A stretch of DNA of 64,000 nt from an uncultured Verrucomicrobiae bacterium (GCA_963788655.1 CAWBHS010000011.1:32001-96000), one strand, 5' to 3'. Shown: positions 37,915 to 49,420, counted from the stretch's first letter. The notes: generated by a model from the letters alone, not told the origin. Program-made: numbers and translations.

Positions 37915-38195
37915 TGGTCGCACGGCGCTTCCTCGTGCAAATTGGGCGCATCCAGCCCGCGTGGCGCCGTCTTGCTCACTTTGGGTCGCACGGCAAAGGA
38001 TTGCCGAACCTGCGTAAGGTTCAGTTCAAAGTCACGCAGCCTGACGATGGTTGTCACCAATCAGTGACTTTGTCGAAGTAGATGGATCGATGAAACAATG
38101 CACCAATCCACGATGGATCATTGGGCCAAGCTCGGCAACGAGCCGGCCACCCAATGGGCCTGTTCGTGTGCCTACCCTCGGAGTGAGGAGCCGTA
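37915..38195 (+). ncRNA. Candidate structured ncRNA or long leader, family unassigned
   Basis: 11-bp closing helix 37975-85/38177-87 with 3 G-U pairs, enclosing several hairpins (one with a GCAA tetraloop); sigma70-like TTGAGT-N17-AATAAT upstream; no credible ORF. Confidence 0.45.
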
Positions 38196-38223
38196 ATCGT
38201 CGATAAACGCACTTTTCTGTTTT

Positions 38224-39666
38224 ATGTCTCACCCGGTTATTACAGTCGCCCAGATGCGCGAATGGGAAAAAGTCACCTGGGCTTCCGGTCAAGTGGAAGA
38301 AACCGTCATGCGCCAGGCTGGGCAGGCGGTGGCGCGGCAGGCGGAAAAAATGACCGCCGCCGGCGAACTCGTCTTCGTCGTGGCCGGTAAAGGTCATAAT
38401 GGCGATGACGCGATGTTCGCCGCCGAATACCTGGCCGAACGCGAGGTGAAGAGCTTGCGGGTTGCGAACCCCGAGGCGGCGGCCAAAGAAATCGCGACGT
38501 TGCTGGAGCAACGTCCGGCCCTGATTGTGGACGGATTGTTTGGCATCGGGCTGAGCCGTTCGTTGTCCGAACCGTGGTTGCGGCTGGTGCAGGGGCTGAA
38601 CCAAAGCAAGGTTCCCATACTTTCGGTGGATGTGCCCTCGGGCTTGAACGCCGATACCGGGCTGCCGCTGGATAACGCCATTCGGGCCACCTGCACCCTC
38701 ACCCTGGGAGCGGTCAAAGGCGGGCTGCTCAAGTCCACGGCGTGGCCTTTTATCGGACGGCTGGAAGTGGCCCCGGAGATTGGCTTGGTGCCTTATCCAT
38801 TCGACACAGAAATCCGCATGTCGGCGCCGCAGGATTTTGCGAATTTTCCCCCGCCACGTCCGCTGGAAGGCCACAAAGGCACCTTCGGTCACCTGGCCAT
38901 TCTGGCGGGCAGTATTGGTTATCATGGCGCCGCGGTGCTGGCCTCGCGCGGCGCCCAACGGGCCCAACCGGGCTTGATCACTTTGTTCACCGAGGATCGC
39001 GTCTATGAACCGGTGGCCCGGCAGTTGCAGGCGGTCATGGTCCAGCCCACCTTGACCAATCCCCAACTGCCGGACACTTGCACGGCCATTCTGATCGGCC
39101 TGGGATTGGCCTCGCCTTATTTGCCGGACTCGGTCAAACAGTTCTGTCGTGAAACCTGGCAGGAATCACCGCTGCCGGTCATTGTTGATGCCAGTGCGCT
39201 CGCCTGGCTGCCGACCGGGCCGTGTCTGGAGAATGCGTTGCGGGTGATCACGCCGCATCCCGGTGAAGCCGCCCGCATGCTGCAAACCACCGCGGCGGAA
39301 GTGCAATCGGATCGGGTCAAAGCCCTGCGGGATCTATCCCATCGTTACGGGAACTGTTGCGTGGTCTTGAAGGGACACCAAACCCTGATTGGCGCTTACC
39401 CGGAGGATCTGTGGGTCAATTGCTCGGGCAATCCTCATCTCGCCCAGGGCGGCAGTGGTGATTTGCTGGCGGGCTTTATCGGCGGTTTGTTGGCGCAGCC
39501 GCCGCTCCAGAGCCATTCCTGCCGGACGATCAATTACGCCGTCTGGCAACATGGCGCCGCGGCGGATGCTCTTCAGCACAAGCAGCCGAATTGGACCATT
39601 GAAGATCTGGCAACCCTGCTGGGGGCAGTGACGGTGGAGCCGAATCCCCCGGTGCCCCCATCCTAG
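38224..39666 (+). CDS. nnr: Bifunctional NAD(P)H-hydrate epimerase/dehydratase (YjeF/Nnr)
   Basis: GKGHNGDD, VDGLFGIG, SVDVPSG, HKGTFG, ITPHPGEAAR, VVLKG, GGSGDLLAG. Confidence 0.94.
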   Translation: MSHPVITVAQMREWEKVTWASGQVEETVMRQAGQAVARQAEKMTAAGELVFVVAGKGHNGDDAMFAAEYLAEREVKSLRVANPEAAAKEIATLLEQRPALIVDGLFGIGLSRSLSEPWLRLVQGLNQSKVPILSVDVPSGLNADTGLPLDNAIRATCTLTLGAVKGGLLKSTAWPFIGRLEVAPEIGLVPYPFDTEIRMSAPQDFANFPPPRPLEGHKGTFGHLAILAGSIGYHGAAVLASRGAQRAQPGLITLFTEDRVYEPVARQLQAVMVQPTLTNPQLPDTCTAILIGLGLASPYLPDSVKQFCRETWQESPLPVIVDASALAWLPTGPCLENALRVITPHPGEAARMLQTTAAEVQSDRVKALRDLSHRYGNCCVVLKGHQTLIGAYPEDLWVNCSGNPHLAQGGSGDLLAGFIGGLLAQPPLQSHSCRTINYAVWQHGAAADALQHKQPNWTIEDLATLLGAVTVEPNPPVPPS

Positions 39667-39692
39667 TCAGAACCTGTTACCAGAATTCTACG

Positions 39693-40221
39693 ATGAGCAC
39701 CATCCTGAATCGGTTGTTTCAATCAGCGATCTTGGTCACTAATGGCCGCCGGTTGCGCGACGTCTCACCCCAAACTCGTCACCGATCCGGTGGGCCCGAT
39801 CACCGCCAGCAATGCCCGGTTTTCAGGACACCCGCAAGGAACGCTGATGGTTTATACCGCTACGGAAGACGTTGATGACGGTGGCATCATGTATTATCCG
39901 CACACGCCTTACTCCATTACGACTCCCGACGGCAAACTGGTGAAAGCGGTGCGCAACCATGTTGGGGATACCGACCAAAGCCCCATGACGGTACCACTGA
40001 ACGAAGGCGAATTTTTTGTCAACGCCCAGGCCGAAGGGAAAGGTTGGGTGACCGTGCCGGTGGTGATTTCGCGCGGCCGGTTGACGATGGTGAATCTTGA
40101 ACTCAGAAAGTTGCCCGAGATCGAATCGTTGCCTGAAACCGAACGCGTGCGATTGCCGGACGGACGGATCATTGGACGCCGGGCAACCCTCCCTGCGAAA
40201 GAAACGCAACCAGGCCAATAA
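39693..40221 (+). CDS. Hypothetical lipoprotein; +1 frameshift near 39737 inside the signal peptide
   Basis: MSTILNRLFQSAILV joins LMAAGC (lipobox) in the next frame; the body has YYPHTPYSI. Confidence 0.7.
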
Positions 40222-40514
40222 CACTGCCCGAGCCGATCTGCGACGGCGAAGGAGCGTTGGGCAACTTCACAGTTCAAAGCGCAAACATCATTTGGGGAAG
40301 TCGCGTCACGGGACTTTCAGGAGACGACGGGCATCGTCTCACTTGTTGGGCGGATCGGGAAGCTGGAAACTCCTTCCTTCGTCTCCTGCGATGGTGCCCC
40401 TACGCATTTCCAATGCGGCTTCAAAAAAACTATCGAATCTACGTGGATTTCGGCATTCTGCGTGCGTACGCATGGCCATATTCGGGCTGAAACATGATTT
40501 GGATGAATGGAAAA

Positions 40515-43500
40515 ATGAAGATTGCGATCATTGCCTTGCTCTCCTTGGGAATTGGATTTACGGCGACGACGGTATCCGGTTCCCTACGGGCGACCGACTT
40601 GCGCTGTGAATATCGTGAGAACCCGCTGGGGATTGATGCCACGGCGCCGCGGTTGCGTTGGGTCTTGGAGCCCAACAGTCGCCGGGCACGGAATCAAAGC
40701 CAGACTGCCTACCAAGTGCTTGTGGCCGGCACCCAGGATGACTTGGATAATGAACGGGCTGACTTGTGGGACAGCGGGAAGGTGGAATCCAACCAGTCCA
40801 TTCACGTGCGCTATGCCGGCAAACCGCTTGAATCCCGGCAGGCGTGTTTTTGGAAGGTGCGCGTTTGGGACCAAGCGGGCGAGCCCTCGGCCTGGAGCAA
40901 ACCCGCCCAGTGGACGATGGGCCTGCTTCAACCGGATGATTGGAAGGCCAAATGGATTGGGCTCGAGGGGATCCGCAAACAAAGCCTGCTCACCGGCACC
41001 CATTGGATATGGTTCGACGAAGGTCAACCAGACAAGAGCGCGTCGTTGGGGACCCGCTATTTTCGGCGCACCTTTGTGTTGCCAGAGAACCGCAAGGTCC
41101 AGTCAGCCCGGATGTTGATCACGGCGGACAACGAGTATGTGTTGCTCATCAATGGCCGCCAAATGGGACAAGGCTTCGATTTCCACTCGGCGAATGAACA
41201 CGACCTGACGTCCGTATTGAAACCCGGCACCAATTTGTTGGCGATTGCCGCCAAGAACTCCGGCGACAGCCCGAATCCCGCCGGACTGGTCGGGTTGTTG
41301 TGTATTGAATTTACCGAAGGCATACCGCTGTTGATTCCCACCGATGCAACATGGGAGGCTTCCGACCAAGCCGTGGATGAATGGGATAAGCTGGACAGGA
41401 TGGACCCCGCTTGGCGAAACGCGAAGAGCTTGGGGCCCGTCGGCATGGCACCGTGGGGAGAAGTCGCCGCGGGAGACAATCCCCAGTTGCCCGCTCGGAT
41501 GTTGCGTCGCGAGTTCCAAGCCGAAGCCAAGGTTGAACGGGCGATGGTCTATTTCAGCGGCCTGGGACTGTCCGAGCTGTACCTGAATGGGAAGAAGGTG
41601 GGGGACGCGGTGTTGTCGCCCGGGCTCACGGACTACTCGAAACGCGTTTTTTATGTGAGTTATGACGTGACCAAATACCTCCGCAAGGGGGCTAACGCAA
41701 TCGGCATCATTCTGGGCAACGGCCGGTTTTTTGCGCCGCGCGACAAGGTGCCCACCGCCACGCGCACCTACGGATTTCCCAAGCTGCTCCTGCAATTGCG
41801 GATCGACTATACCGACGGATCAGCGACCACCATTATCAGCGACGAAGCTTGGAAGGTGTTCACCGAGGGCCCCATCCGGGCCAACAACGAATATGACGGC
41901 GAGGATTACGACGCCCGCCGGGAACAGGACGACTGGGACCGACCGGGCTTTGATGATTCGCTTTGGCCGTCAGTCCAACTTGTGAAGGCGCCGGGGGGCA
42001 TTCTGGCTGCCCAAATGATTGAGCCGATCCGGGTCACCCAAAGGCTCAAACCGGTTGCGCTCACGGAACCCAGGCCCGGCGTCTATGTCTTCGACATGGG
42101 CCAGAACATGGTGGGTTGGTGCCGCTTGAAAGTGTCCGGGCCGGGCGGGACAGTGGTCACCTTGCGGCATGCCGAATTGTTGCGCGACGACGGCACGTTG
42201 TGCCTCGACAACCTCCGTTCCGCCAAAGTGACCGACACCTACACAATCAAGGGCAAATGGCGCGAAGTCTATGAGCCGCGGTTTACTTATCATGGGTTTC
42301 GTTACGTTGAACTGCGCGGTTATCCGGGCAAGCCCAGCCTGTCCACCCTCGAAGGGCAGGTGGTCAACGATGACGTGGCTGAGGCCGGCACGTTCGAGTG
42401 TTCCCAGCCTTGCTCAATCAGATTTACCATAACATCCGCTGGGGTGTGCGCGGCAATTATCGCAGCATCCCCACCGACTGCCCGCAACGGGACGAGCGCC
42501 AGGGCTGGCTGGGTGACCGTTCCATCGAATCCAAGGGCGAAGCGTTTCTCTTCGATATCGCCGGCTTGTATTCCAAATGGCTTCAAGACATGGCCGACGC
42601 CCAAACAGAAACCGGCAGCGTGCCGGATGTTTGCCCGCCTTATTGGCCGCTGTACAATGACAACGTCACTTGGCCCAGCAGCACGGTGATCATCCCCAAT
42701 TCGTTGTACGAACAATACGGTGACCTCGAGATCATCTCCCGGCACTACGACAGTGCCAAGCAATGGATTGATTACATGACCCGGTTTCTCACCAACGGCA
42801 TCATTGCTAAAGACAACTACGGTGATTGGTGCGTGCCACCGGAGGATCCGAAACTCATACACTCGAACGATCCCAAACGCCAAACGTCCGGCGCGTTGCT
42901 GGCCACGGCGTATTTCTTCCATGATCTCCAACTCATGCAGCGTTACGCGAAGCTGCTGGGCCGGGATGACGACGAACAGCATTTTGGTCGCCTGGCGTTG
43001 GAAATCAATGCGGCATTCAACACCAAGTTCCTGAACCGGACGGAAGGCTTCTACGACAACGGCACTCCGACCTCCTGCGTCTTGCCCTTGGCATTTGGAT
43101 TGGTGCCGTCGGATTTCCAAGCACGAGTCTTTGGCCATTTGGTTGAGAATATCACCAACGTGACGGCCAGGCACATCGGCACCGGCTTGGTGGGCGGCCA
43201 ATGGCTGAACCGCGTACTGGCGGATTTTGGTCGTTCGGATTTGGTTTACACCTTTGCCACGAACACCACTTACCCCAGTTGGGGTTATATGGTGGAACAG
43301 GGAGCCACCACCATCTGGGAACTGTGGAACGGCGATACCGCTGATCCCGCCATGAATTCCGGTAATCACGTCATGCTCGTTGGCGACCTGGTGCTCTGGT
43401 TATTCGAAGACCTCGCCGGGATCAAAGCCGATCCGGAACAGCCGGGCTACCAACACATCATCATGAAACCGCAGCCGGTTGGGAATGTGAGCTTTGTGAA

Positions 43501-43753
43501 GGCCAGTCATCGTTCGCCTTACGGCCTGATTGAAAGCCATTGGAGTCGAACGGATGAAGATTTTCTTTGGGACGTTACCATTCCGGCCAACACCAGTGCC
43601 ACGCTTTACATCCCTGCGGCCAGCGAAGGCAGTGTGGCGGAGAGCGGCAAAACGGCAAGCCGGGCAGCGGGATTGCGCTTCTTGCGTCTCAAAGACGGTT
43701 GTGCGGTGTACCAAGCGGGTTCAGGCCGATATGCTTTCAGAAGCCGGCCATAG
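40515..43753 (+). CDS. Alpha-L-rhamnosidase (GH78); one-base deletion frameshift near 42410
   Basis: LRCEYRENPLGID, DMGQNMVGW, FTYHGFRYV; next frame IPTDCPQRDERQGWLGD, GATTIWELW, MNSGNH. Confidence 0.92.
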
Positions 43754-44047
43754 CTGACGCTTCCTCCGAGACCGGCAATGTCGGTCTTGATCAGCAACCT
43801 TTTCAGTAACATTGGCGAACGGAGCTTTGGATTTCGGTGCCTCAATAAAGTCTCGGCAAGGTTGCTTCTTGGGTGCCAACGGACGTGAGCCCGCTCATTC
43901 TTTTCGCCTCTGAGAACGTTGGAGCAGACTTACGTCTGCTGCTACTGATCCGATGTGTTGGCCGCAATTCGCGATGGTTGTTTGAAAGTATCGCTGCCGG
44001 AGTGCAGCGCAACTGTGGCGTCCACTTGCTTCCGCGGCTCTCCAAGT

Positions 44048-44082
44048 GAAAAGAAAAGACAGGCACTTGCGTGCCTGCCTTT
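44048..44082 (-). terminator. Rho-independent terminator of the Lys/Pro-tail gene
   Basis: Minus strand AAGGCAGGCAC-GCAA-GTGCCTGTCTT followed by TTCTTTT. Confidence 0.75.
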
Positions 44083-44112
44083 ATGTTAAATCCTGCTTCG
44101 CGAATTCGCCGG

Positions 44113-44694
44113 CTACTTGTCCTTCTTGCTCGGCTTCTTCTTGCTCGGCTTCTTCGGGGTCTTGACTTTCGGCGGCTTGGGCGGTTTGGGCGGTTTGAAC
44201 TTCGAGGGTTTCTTCGAAGGTTTGTTCGGGGACAGCTTGCACGAGGCGATGCATGAGGTTCGGCTCGAAAACCCAAAGTCATCCACCAACAACATCCAAC
44301 CTTTCCGGTCGAGCACCTCCTGATCCGGCAGCGCGATGCCTTCCCGCAGCAACAGCAGCACGTAATCCATCCCCTTCTTCGGTTTGCCCAGGTTGAAGAA
44401 TTGCGCCAGCGATTCGGCTAAAACCTCTTTCGTCAACGCCGCATTCAGGTTCCAATGCTTTTGACTCTCCTTGGGGTCCATCTTTTGTTTCTTGGCCCAC
44501 TTGACGTAGTCCTCGTCGGTCGAATTGGCGTTAAACAAACCGTCGTCGCCCGTCAATTGCGTCATCCATTTGATGTACTCTCTTTGGGTCATGGCCGGCA
44601 GCGACATGTCCGCATGCACCTTGACTGGAGTCGCCAGGAAACTGAAACACACAAGAAGCCCACAACACAACGGCAGGGAAAGGTATCTCTTCAT
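44113..44694 (-). CDS. Secreted hypothetical protein with Lys/Pro-rich C-terminal tail
   Basis: Signal peptide ending VHA; tail SPNKPSKKPSKFKPPKPPKPPKVKTPKKPSKKKPSKKDK; has its own terminator. Confidence 0.75.
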   Translation of the reverse strand: MKRYLSLPLCCGLLVCFSFLATPVKVHADMSLPAMTQREYIKWMTQLTGDDGLFNANSTDEDYVKWAKKQKMDPKESQKHWNLNAALTKEVLAESLAQFFNLGKPKKGMDYVLLLLREGIALPDQEVLDRKGWMLLVDDFGFSSRTSCIASCKLSPNKPSKKPSKFKPPKPPKPPKVKTPKKPSKKKPSKKDK

Positions 44695-44982
44695 ACAACG
44701 TACTCGTCTTTTCGGGTTTATCTGTAACTGATGCCCGAAACCTTCTCTCCCGCACGAAACGAAGTCAAGCAAAAAGGCGAATTTTTAATCTTACCGTATC
44801 TTTTACCCTGATTCGTTTCTGAAGCCGTCCTATTGGCATGCTTGGGAACAAGAGATTTCAGGTCACTAAAGAAGCTGACAATAAATTGGGAACCGCGTTC
44901 AACTGCAGTTCAAGAATTTTTAGATATGGATTCCAACGTCTTGTCCCCGTGGGTAATATAAAAGTTAATTGCACCATGGCCA

Positions 44983-47304
44983 TTAAGGCAACTGTTGCAA
45001 TAATAATTGCGCGTCCGGGTATCCCGGTTGAATTTCCAAGGCCCGCTGAGCTGCCGAGCGCGCGGCCGCCACCTGGCCCAAGCGCGCATGGACGGTGGCC
45101 AGGGCGTAAGGAATTTGCGCCGAATTTGGCTCCAGTTGTTCCGCCTTGGAGAGCGCCTCCACGGCCCGCTCCGGCATATTCTGCGCCGAATAAGCCAGAC
45201 CGAGATTGTACCAAGCGCGCGAATACTGAGGATTCAGATTCGTTGCTTCCTCAAGCGCGCTGGATGCTTCCGTGAGCTTGCCCACTTCATTCAAAGCCAG
45301 TCCCAGTTTGTAACGGTATTCCGCCTCCCGCGGGGCTAAACGGCACGCGGCCTCGAGTTCGGTTACTGCTTTCGCTGATTCCCCGCGAATGCTATAGGCC
45401 ACCGCCAGCGCCTGGCGCAACGGAGCTGAGCCTGGGTCCCATTCCACGGCGCGCTTGAAATTCACTAGCGCGGCTTCCGGATTGCCGCGATCCAGGTTCC
45501 AAACACCTAATTGCATCAACCCGGACGGGTGATCGCAGGTTTGTTCCAACGAGAGCAGTAAATCCTTTGCCGCCACGTTCGTTAGGTCAATGGACCGTCG
45601 CAGGGCCCAAGCCGCTCGCACACGAACGGCCCGGCATGGATCATTCAGTAACTGCCGCAAGGTCCCTTCCGCTTCCGGGTACGTTTGCGGGGGGACGAAT
45701 TCGAGTGATTGGGCGGCTACTGACCGCACTAGGGGACTCTGATCCAGAGCGCACTTCACCAACGCGGCGGCGACATTGGTTTCTCCCGCCCAGAATTTCA
45801 GCAGTCCGGCCGCCACGGCGCGCCAGAGCGGAATATCCTCCTGTTCAATCATGGTGATCAAGTTCGCCTGGGCATTGGTAGTTCCCGCTCGTCCTTGTGC
45901 CACCCATTGCGCCCGGGTTCGTGTGTGGCGATTCATCTTATCGCCATACCACTTCTCGCAGTATTCCATGGACCAATCGACGGTTTTGTCTTGATGACAA
46001 CGATTGCAGGCATTGGGGATGTTGAATTGTTTGGTCAGCAGCGGATCGGGAATGGTGAATCCATGGTCGTGCCGCCAGTGGCGCGCCATATAAACCGTTT
46101 GCGGCATGTGGCAATCGGTGCAGAGATCACCGGCGGTGGTGGGCTTGTGGAAACTGTGCGTCGCGGGATCAATCGGTTTGGCCATCGGGAATTCCAGCGA
46201 GGGCTTTTCGTGGCACTGCATGCACAGCGCGTTGCCGGCCAATAATCGTTTACCGGTGTGCGGATCGTGACAATTCATGCACGTGACTCCCGCCAGATGC
46301 ATGCGACTGCCCAGAAACGCCGTGAACTCGAAATTTTCATCCCGCACCTGACCATCGGAATAATAGGTGTCCGTGTCGTCCGGGATCGTCAGCAAATAGT
46401 GGTCAAAGAAGCGTTGCCCTGGATGGAAATCGCCCGTCAGGTCATTCCGGCGCGCGTGGCAGGCGCCGCAGTATTCCATGGACAATTGCTTGTCCAGGCG
46501 GCGGATGGTGGGGTCGCCTTTCTTGTTGCCGCGGTGTTCTTGTTGCCAGGCGTTGTGATCGGCCATGGGGCCGTGACAGGATTCGCAACTGACGCCGTGC
46601 TCCTTATACGCCGTGTGAAACGTGTCGCTGCCGAAGTCATAATTCTTGCGCACCCGGGTGTTATGGCAAAAGGCGCACATGGTGTTCCAAGTCATCCCCC
46701 GCCCGGTCCAATGGCCCCATTCGCCGGGCTGCCGGTCTTCTTTGCCATATACGTCAAACCAGTCGTTGGTCCGGGAATCGGTGGCCAATTCCGTTACTTG
46801 AAACCGTCCGCGCGGTTCGGCGACCAAGAATTGGCGCAAGGGATCGACGCCAATGACCCGTTCAAGCGGAAAAGCCTGTTTGCCCTTCAGCCCCAAGGCC
46901 AGCAACTCGAACTGGCCGTTGGTGGCGAACGCTTCGGAATTCTGCTTGCCGTGACCAAACTCCTGAGGGGGGACAAACGACGGGCGATCCACGGCCGGCT
47001 CCACGAGTCGTTCTGCCAGCGCATGGTGCGAGTTGGTCCACGCGGTGTATTCCTTTTCGTGGCATTCCTGGCAACTGCGTGATCCGCCATAGGTGGCGAA
47101 AACGGTCGCATCCGGCTCGGTTTGATACGGGATGGGGTCCGCGGACTGTTGGGGTTGAGTTCGGACCTCGCGGGTTGACGCGACGTGCCACAGCCACCAG
47201 TTCAGCGTTATCAGTGCGATGACCAAAAAGAAAATAAAGGTTCGGTAACCGCGGCCGGGCTGCCGGGCGGGGGCTTTGGAACTATGGTGGTTCTTCTTCA
47301 ACAC
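44983..47304 (-). CDS. Multiheme (8 CxxCH) cytochrome c with HEAT and TPR repeats
   Basis: CQECH, CAFCH, CESCH, CGACH, CMNCH, CMQCH, CTDCH, CNRCH; N-terminal TM; C-terminal TPRs; GTG start inferred. Confidence 0.9.
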   Translation of the reverse strand: MLKKNHHSSKAPARQPGRGYRTFIFFLVIALITLNWWLWHVASTREVRTQPQQSADPIPYQTEPDATVFATYGGSRSCQECHEKEYTAWTNSHHALAERLVEPAVDRPSFVPPQEFGHGKQNSEAFATNGQFELLALGLKGKQAFPLERVIGVDPLRQFLVAEPRGRFQVTELATDSRTNDWFDVYGKEDRQPGEWGHWTGRGMTWNTMCAFCHNTRVRKNYDFGSDTFHTAYKEHGVSCESCHGPMADHNAWQQEHRGNKKGDPTIRRLDKQLSMEYCGACHARRNDLTGDFHPGQRFFDHYLLTIPDDTDTYYSDGQVRDENFEFTAFLGSRMHLAGVTCMNCHDPHTGKRLLAGNALCMQCHEKPSLEFPMAKPIDPATHSFHKPTTAGDLCTDCHMPQTVYMARHWRHDHGFTIPDPLLTKQFNIPNACNRCHQDKTVDWSMEYCEKWYGDKMNRHTRTRAQWVAQGRAGTTNAQANLITMIEQEDIPLWRAVAAGLLKFWAGETNVAAALVKCALDQSPLVRSVAAQSLEFVPPQTYPEAEGTLRQLLNDPCRAVRVRAAWALRRSIDLTNVAAKDLLLSLEQTCDHPSGLMQLGVWNLDRGNPEAALVNFKRAVEWDPGSAPLRQALAVAYSIRGESAKAVTELEAACRLAPREAEYRYKLGLALNEVGKLTEASSALEEATNLNPQYSRAWYNLGLAYSAQNMPERAVEALSKAEQLEPNSAQIPYALATVHARLGQVAAARSAAQRALEIQPGYPDAQLLLQQLP

Positions 47305-47437
47305 AACTTGCCAGTGTTCGCCAAATATTTGAGCAGGAGTTGACGCGTAGGCAAAGGAGAAACGGCAGTGAGGAGGTGGATCACCGAAAACAGTCTTGCG
47401 CTTTGGGGAGGCTTCGCCGCCAATAGACCGAATCACG

Positions 47438-49420
47438 ATGACCAACGCAGTGAACACAACCAATTCCGTGTCTTTGTCAACCAAGAGATCCAATTCACAT
47501 GCTCCTGGGCACCTTGTCTGGATAGTAATTGCCGCCATCGCCAATGTGGGTATGGCTGCTGCCGCCGATTTTTATGTGGCTCCCCAGGGCAACGACGCCG
47601 GTCCCGGCACCCGCGACCTGCCCTTCGCCAGCCTCAGTCGGGCGTTGACCGCGACCCGCCAGTTGTCTGCCGACACGAAACCAAGAATCATCGTGCGGAG
47701 CGGCAGTTACTGGAATATCTCCCTCGTGCTCGGTCCACAAGACTCGGGATTGACGCTCGAAGCCGCGCCCGGCGAATCACCGATTCTCTACGGAGGACAA
47801 TCCATCGCCGGATGGGAAAAAGCGGGCGAACATTTCTATGCCGCCCCGTTGCCGAAATTCCCAGTGGCCTCAGAAAAAGCTTCCGTCCTTCCCGATTGGG
47901 AAATCCGGGCACTCGAGGTAAATGGCCAGTTACGGTCGCGCGCACAGTATCCAGAAACAGGAGAATTACCGCACCTGACCTCGTTCGATGTCCCCTGGAT
48001 GAGCAGCACCGGCGGCGGCTGGAAACGCAAGCCAACTCACGAAGAATTGACGACGCTGTGCTACCAACCGGGCCTGCTTCCGGCCGATCTTGAAGTGCGC
48101 AATGCCGAAGTGACCGTTTATCACATGTGGGACGAATCGTGCGTTGGCGTGACGGCGCACGATCCGGTCAAAGGGATTCTGACCCTTGCGCCAGAAACGG
48201 GTCATCCGCCGGGAGCTTTTGGTGTGAAGAAATTTGTCATCTGGAACACGCGCGAGGGAATGACCCGGCCCGGTCAATGGTATCACGATCGCGTGCGGAA
48301 CCGGATCGTTTATTGGCCGTTGCCGGGTGAAAACATGAATCGCGTGCCGGTGATCGCCCCGACGGTGACCACGATTTTGCGACTGGAAGGCCGCCGAAAC
48401 GATCCGGTCAAACACGTCACCGTGTGCGGCTTGACCTTTGCGGTCACGACAGTGCCGCTGGTCGCCGGCGGCTTTGCGGCGGCACGGTTCGATGGCGCGG
48501 TATCATTGGAACAAACCGAGGGCTGCACGTTCGCGCGGATCACTGTGCGCAACGTTGCCGGTCAAGGCATCAATGGCCGCCGCAATGTTACGGCCACCCG
48601 CATAATCGATTCGGAGATCGCCCATTGCGGCGCCGGCGGCATTTACGTGGGCGGCACCGGGTCGATGATCAGCAACAATCTGGTGCATGCCATCGGGCAG
48701 TCCTATCCGAGTGCCATCGGAATTTTTCGCGGCGGACGCGACTGCCGGGTCAGCCACAATGAAGTCCACGACTGCACCTATTCCGCGATCAACTACGGCG
48801 GCACCGGGAACGTGGTGGAATACAACTTGATCTACGATTGCATGAAAGTACTGCACGACGGCGCGGCCATTTACATGTTCGCCGCCACCAACTGTGTCCT
48901 GCGCGGCAACGTGGCGCGGGACATCATCGATACCGGGGGTTATGGCGCCTCGGCGTATTACTTGGATGAACGCAGTTTCGATTGCGTCGTCGAAAAGAAC
49001 CTTTCGCTACGGGTCTCCCGGCCGTTGCACAATCACATGGCCACGAACAATGTGATTCGCGACAATGTGTTCGTGGTGCCCGGCGACGCGCGCTTGACCT
49101 TCCCGCGGTCCACCGGGTTTACCATGGAACGAAACGTCCTCTACGCCACGGGCAAGATTCGAATCGAAGGCGTCAATGCCGTCACACGATGGTCGAAGAA
49201 CCTGTTCTTCAGCGGTACCGGCAACATTGAATTGGTAAAATTGAATGGCTACCGCGGCGAGGGAACCGAAACAGGGGCGCCCGCAGACACGGTGGTGGCC
49301 GATCCCCGATTCCGCGATTGGCAGCACGGTGACTGTCGGTTTCAGCCAAGCTCGCCGGCAAACCAATTGGGGATCGAGCCGCTTGATGCCAGTAGGGCAG
49401 GGCGGGCGAAGGGGAAATAG
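47438..49420 (+). CDS. Secreted right-handed beta-helix glycoside hydrolase-like protein (GH141-like)
   Basis: FYVAPQGND..GT..PFASL, PGQWY.D, CGAGGI, LHDGAAIY, YYLDE; start uncertain. Confidence 0.8.
   Translation: MTNAVNTTNSVSLSTKRSNSHAPGHLVWIVIAAIANVGMAAAADFYVAPQGNDAGPGTRDLPFASLSRALTATRQLSADTKPRIIVRSGSYWNISLVLGPQDSGLTLEAAPGESPILYGGQSIAGWEKAGEHFYAAPLPKFPVASEKASVLPDWEIRALEVNGQLRSRAQYPETGELPHLTSFDVPWMSSTGGGWKRKPTHEELTTLCYQPGLLPADLEVRNAEVTVYHMWDESCVGVTAHDPVKGILTLAPETGHPPGAFGVKKFVIWNTREGMTRPGQWYHDRVRNRIVYWPLPGENMNRVPVIAPTVTTILRLEGRRNDPVKHVTVCGLTFAVTTVPLVAGGFAAARFDGAVSLEQTEGCTFARITVRNVAGQGINGRRNVTATRIIDSEIAHCGAGGIYVGGTGSMISNNLVHAIGQSYPSAIGIFRGGRDCRVSHNEVHDCTYSAINYGGTGNVVEYNLIYDCMKVLHDGAAIYMFAATNCVLRGNVARDIIDTGGYGASAYYLDERSFDCVVEKNLSLRVSRPLHNHMATNNVIRDNVFVVPGDARLTFPRSTGFTMERNVLYATGKIRIEGVNAVTRWSKNLFFSGTGNIELVKLNGYRGEGTETGAPADTVVADPRFRDWQHGDCRFQPSSPANQLGIEPLDASRAGRAKGK

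Noticed and set aside
37975..38075. c-di-GMP-I riboswitch or sigma54 promoter
   Set aside because: GGCAAA and CAAAG are present but the GAAA loop/receptor architecture is not; the sigma54-like word lacks the invariant GG and GC
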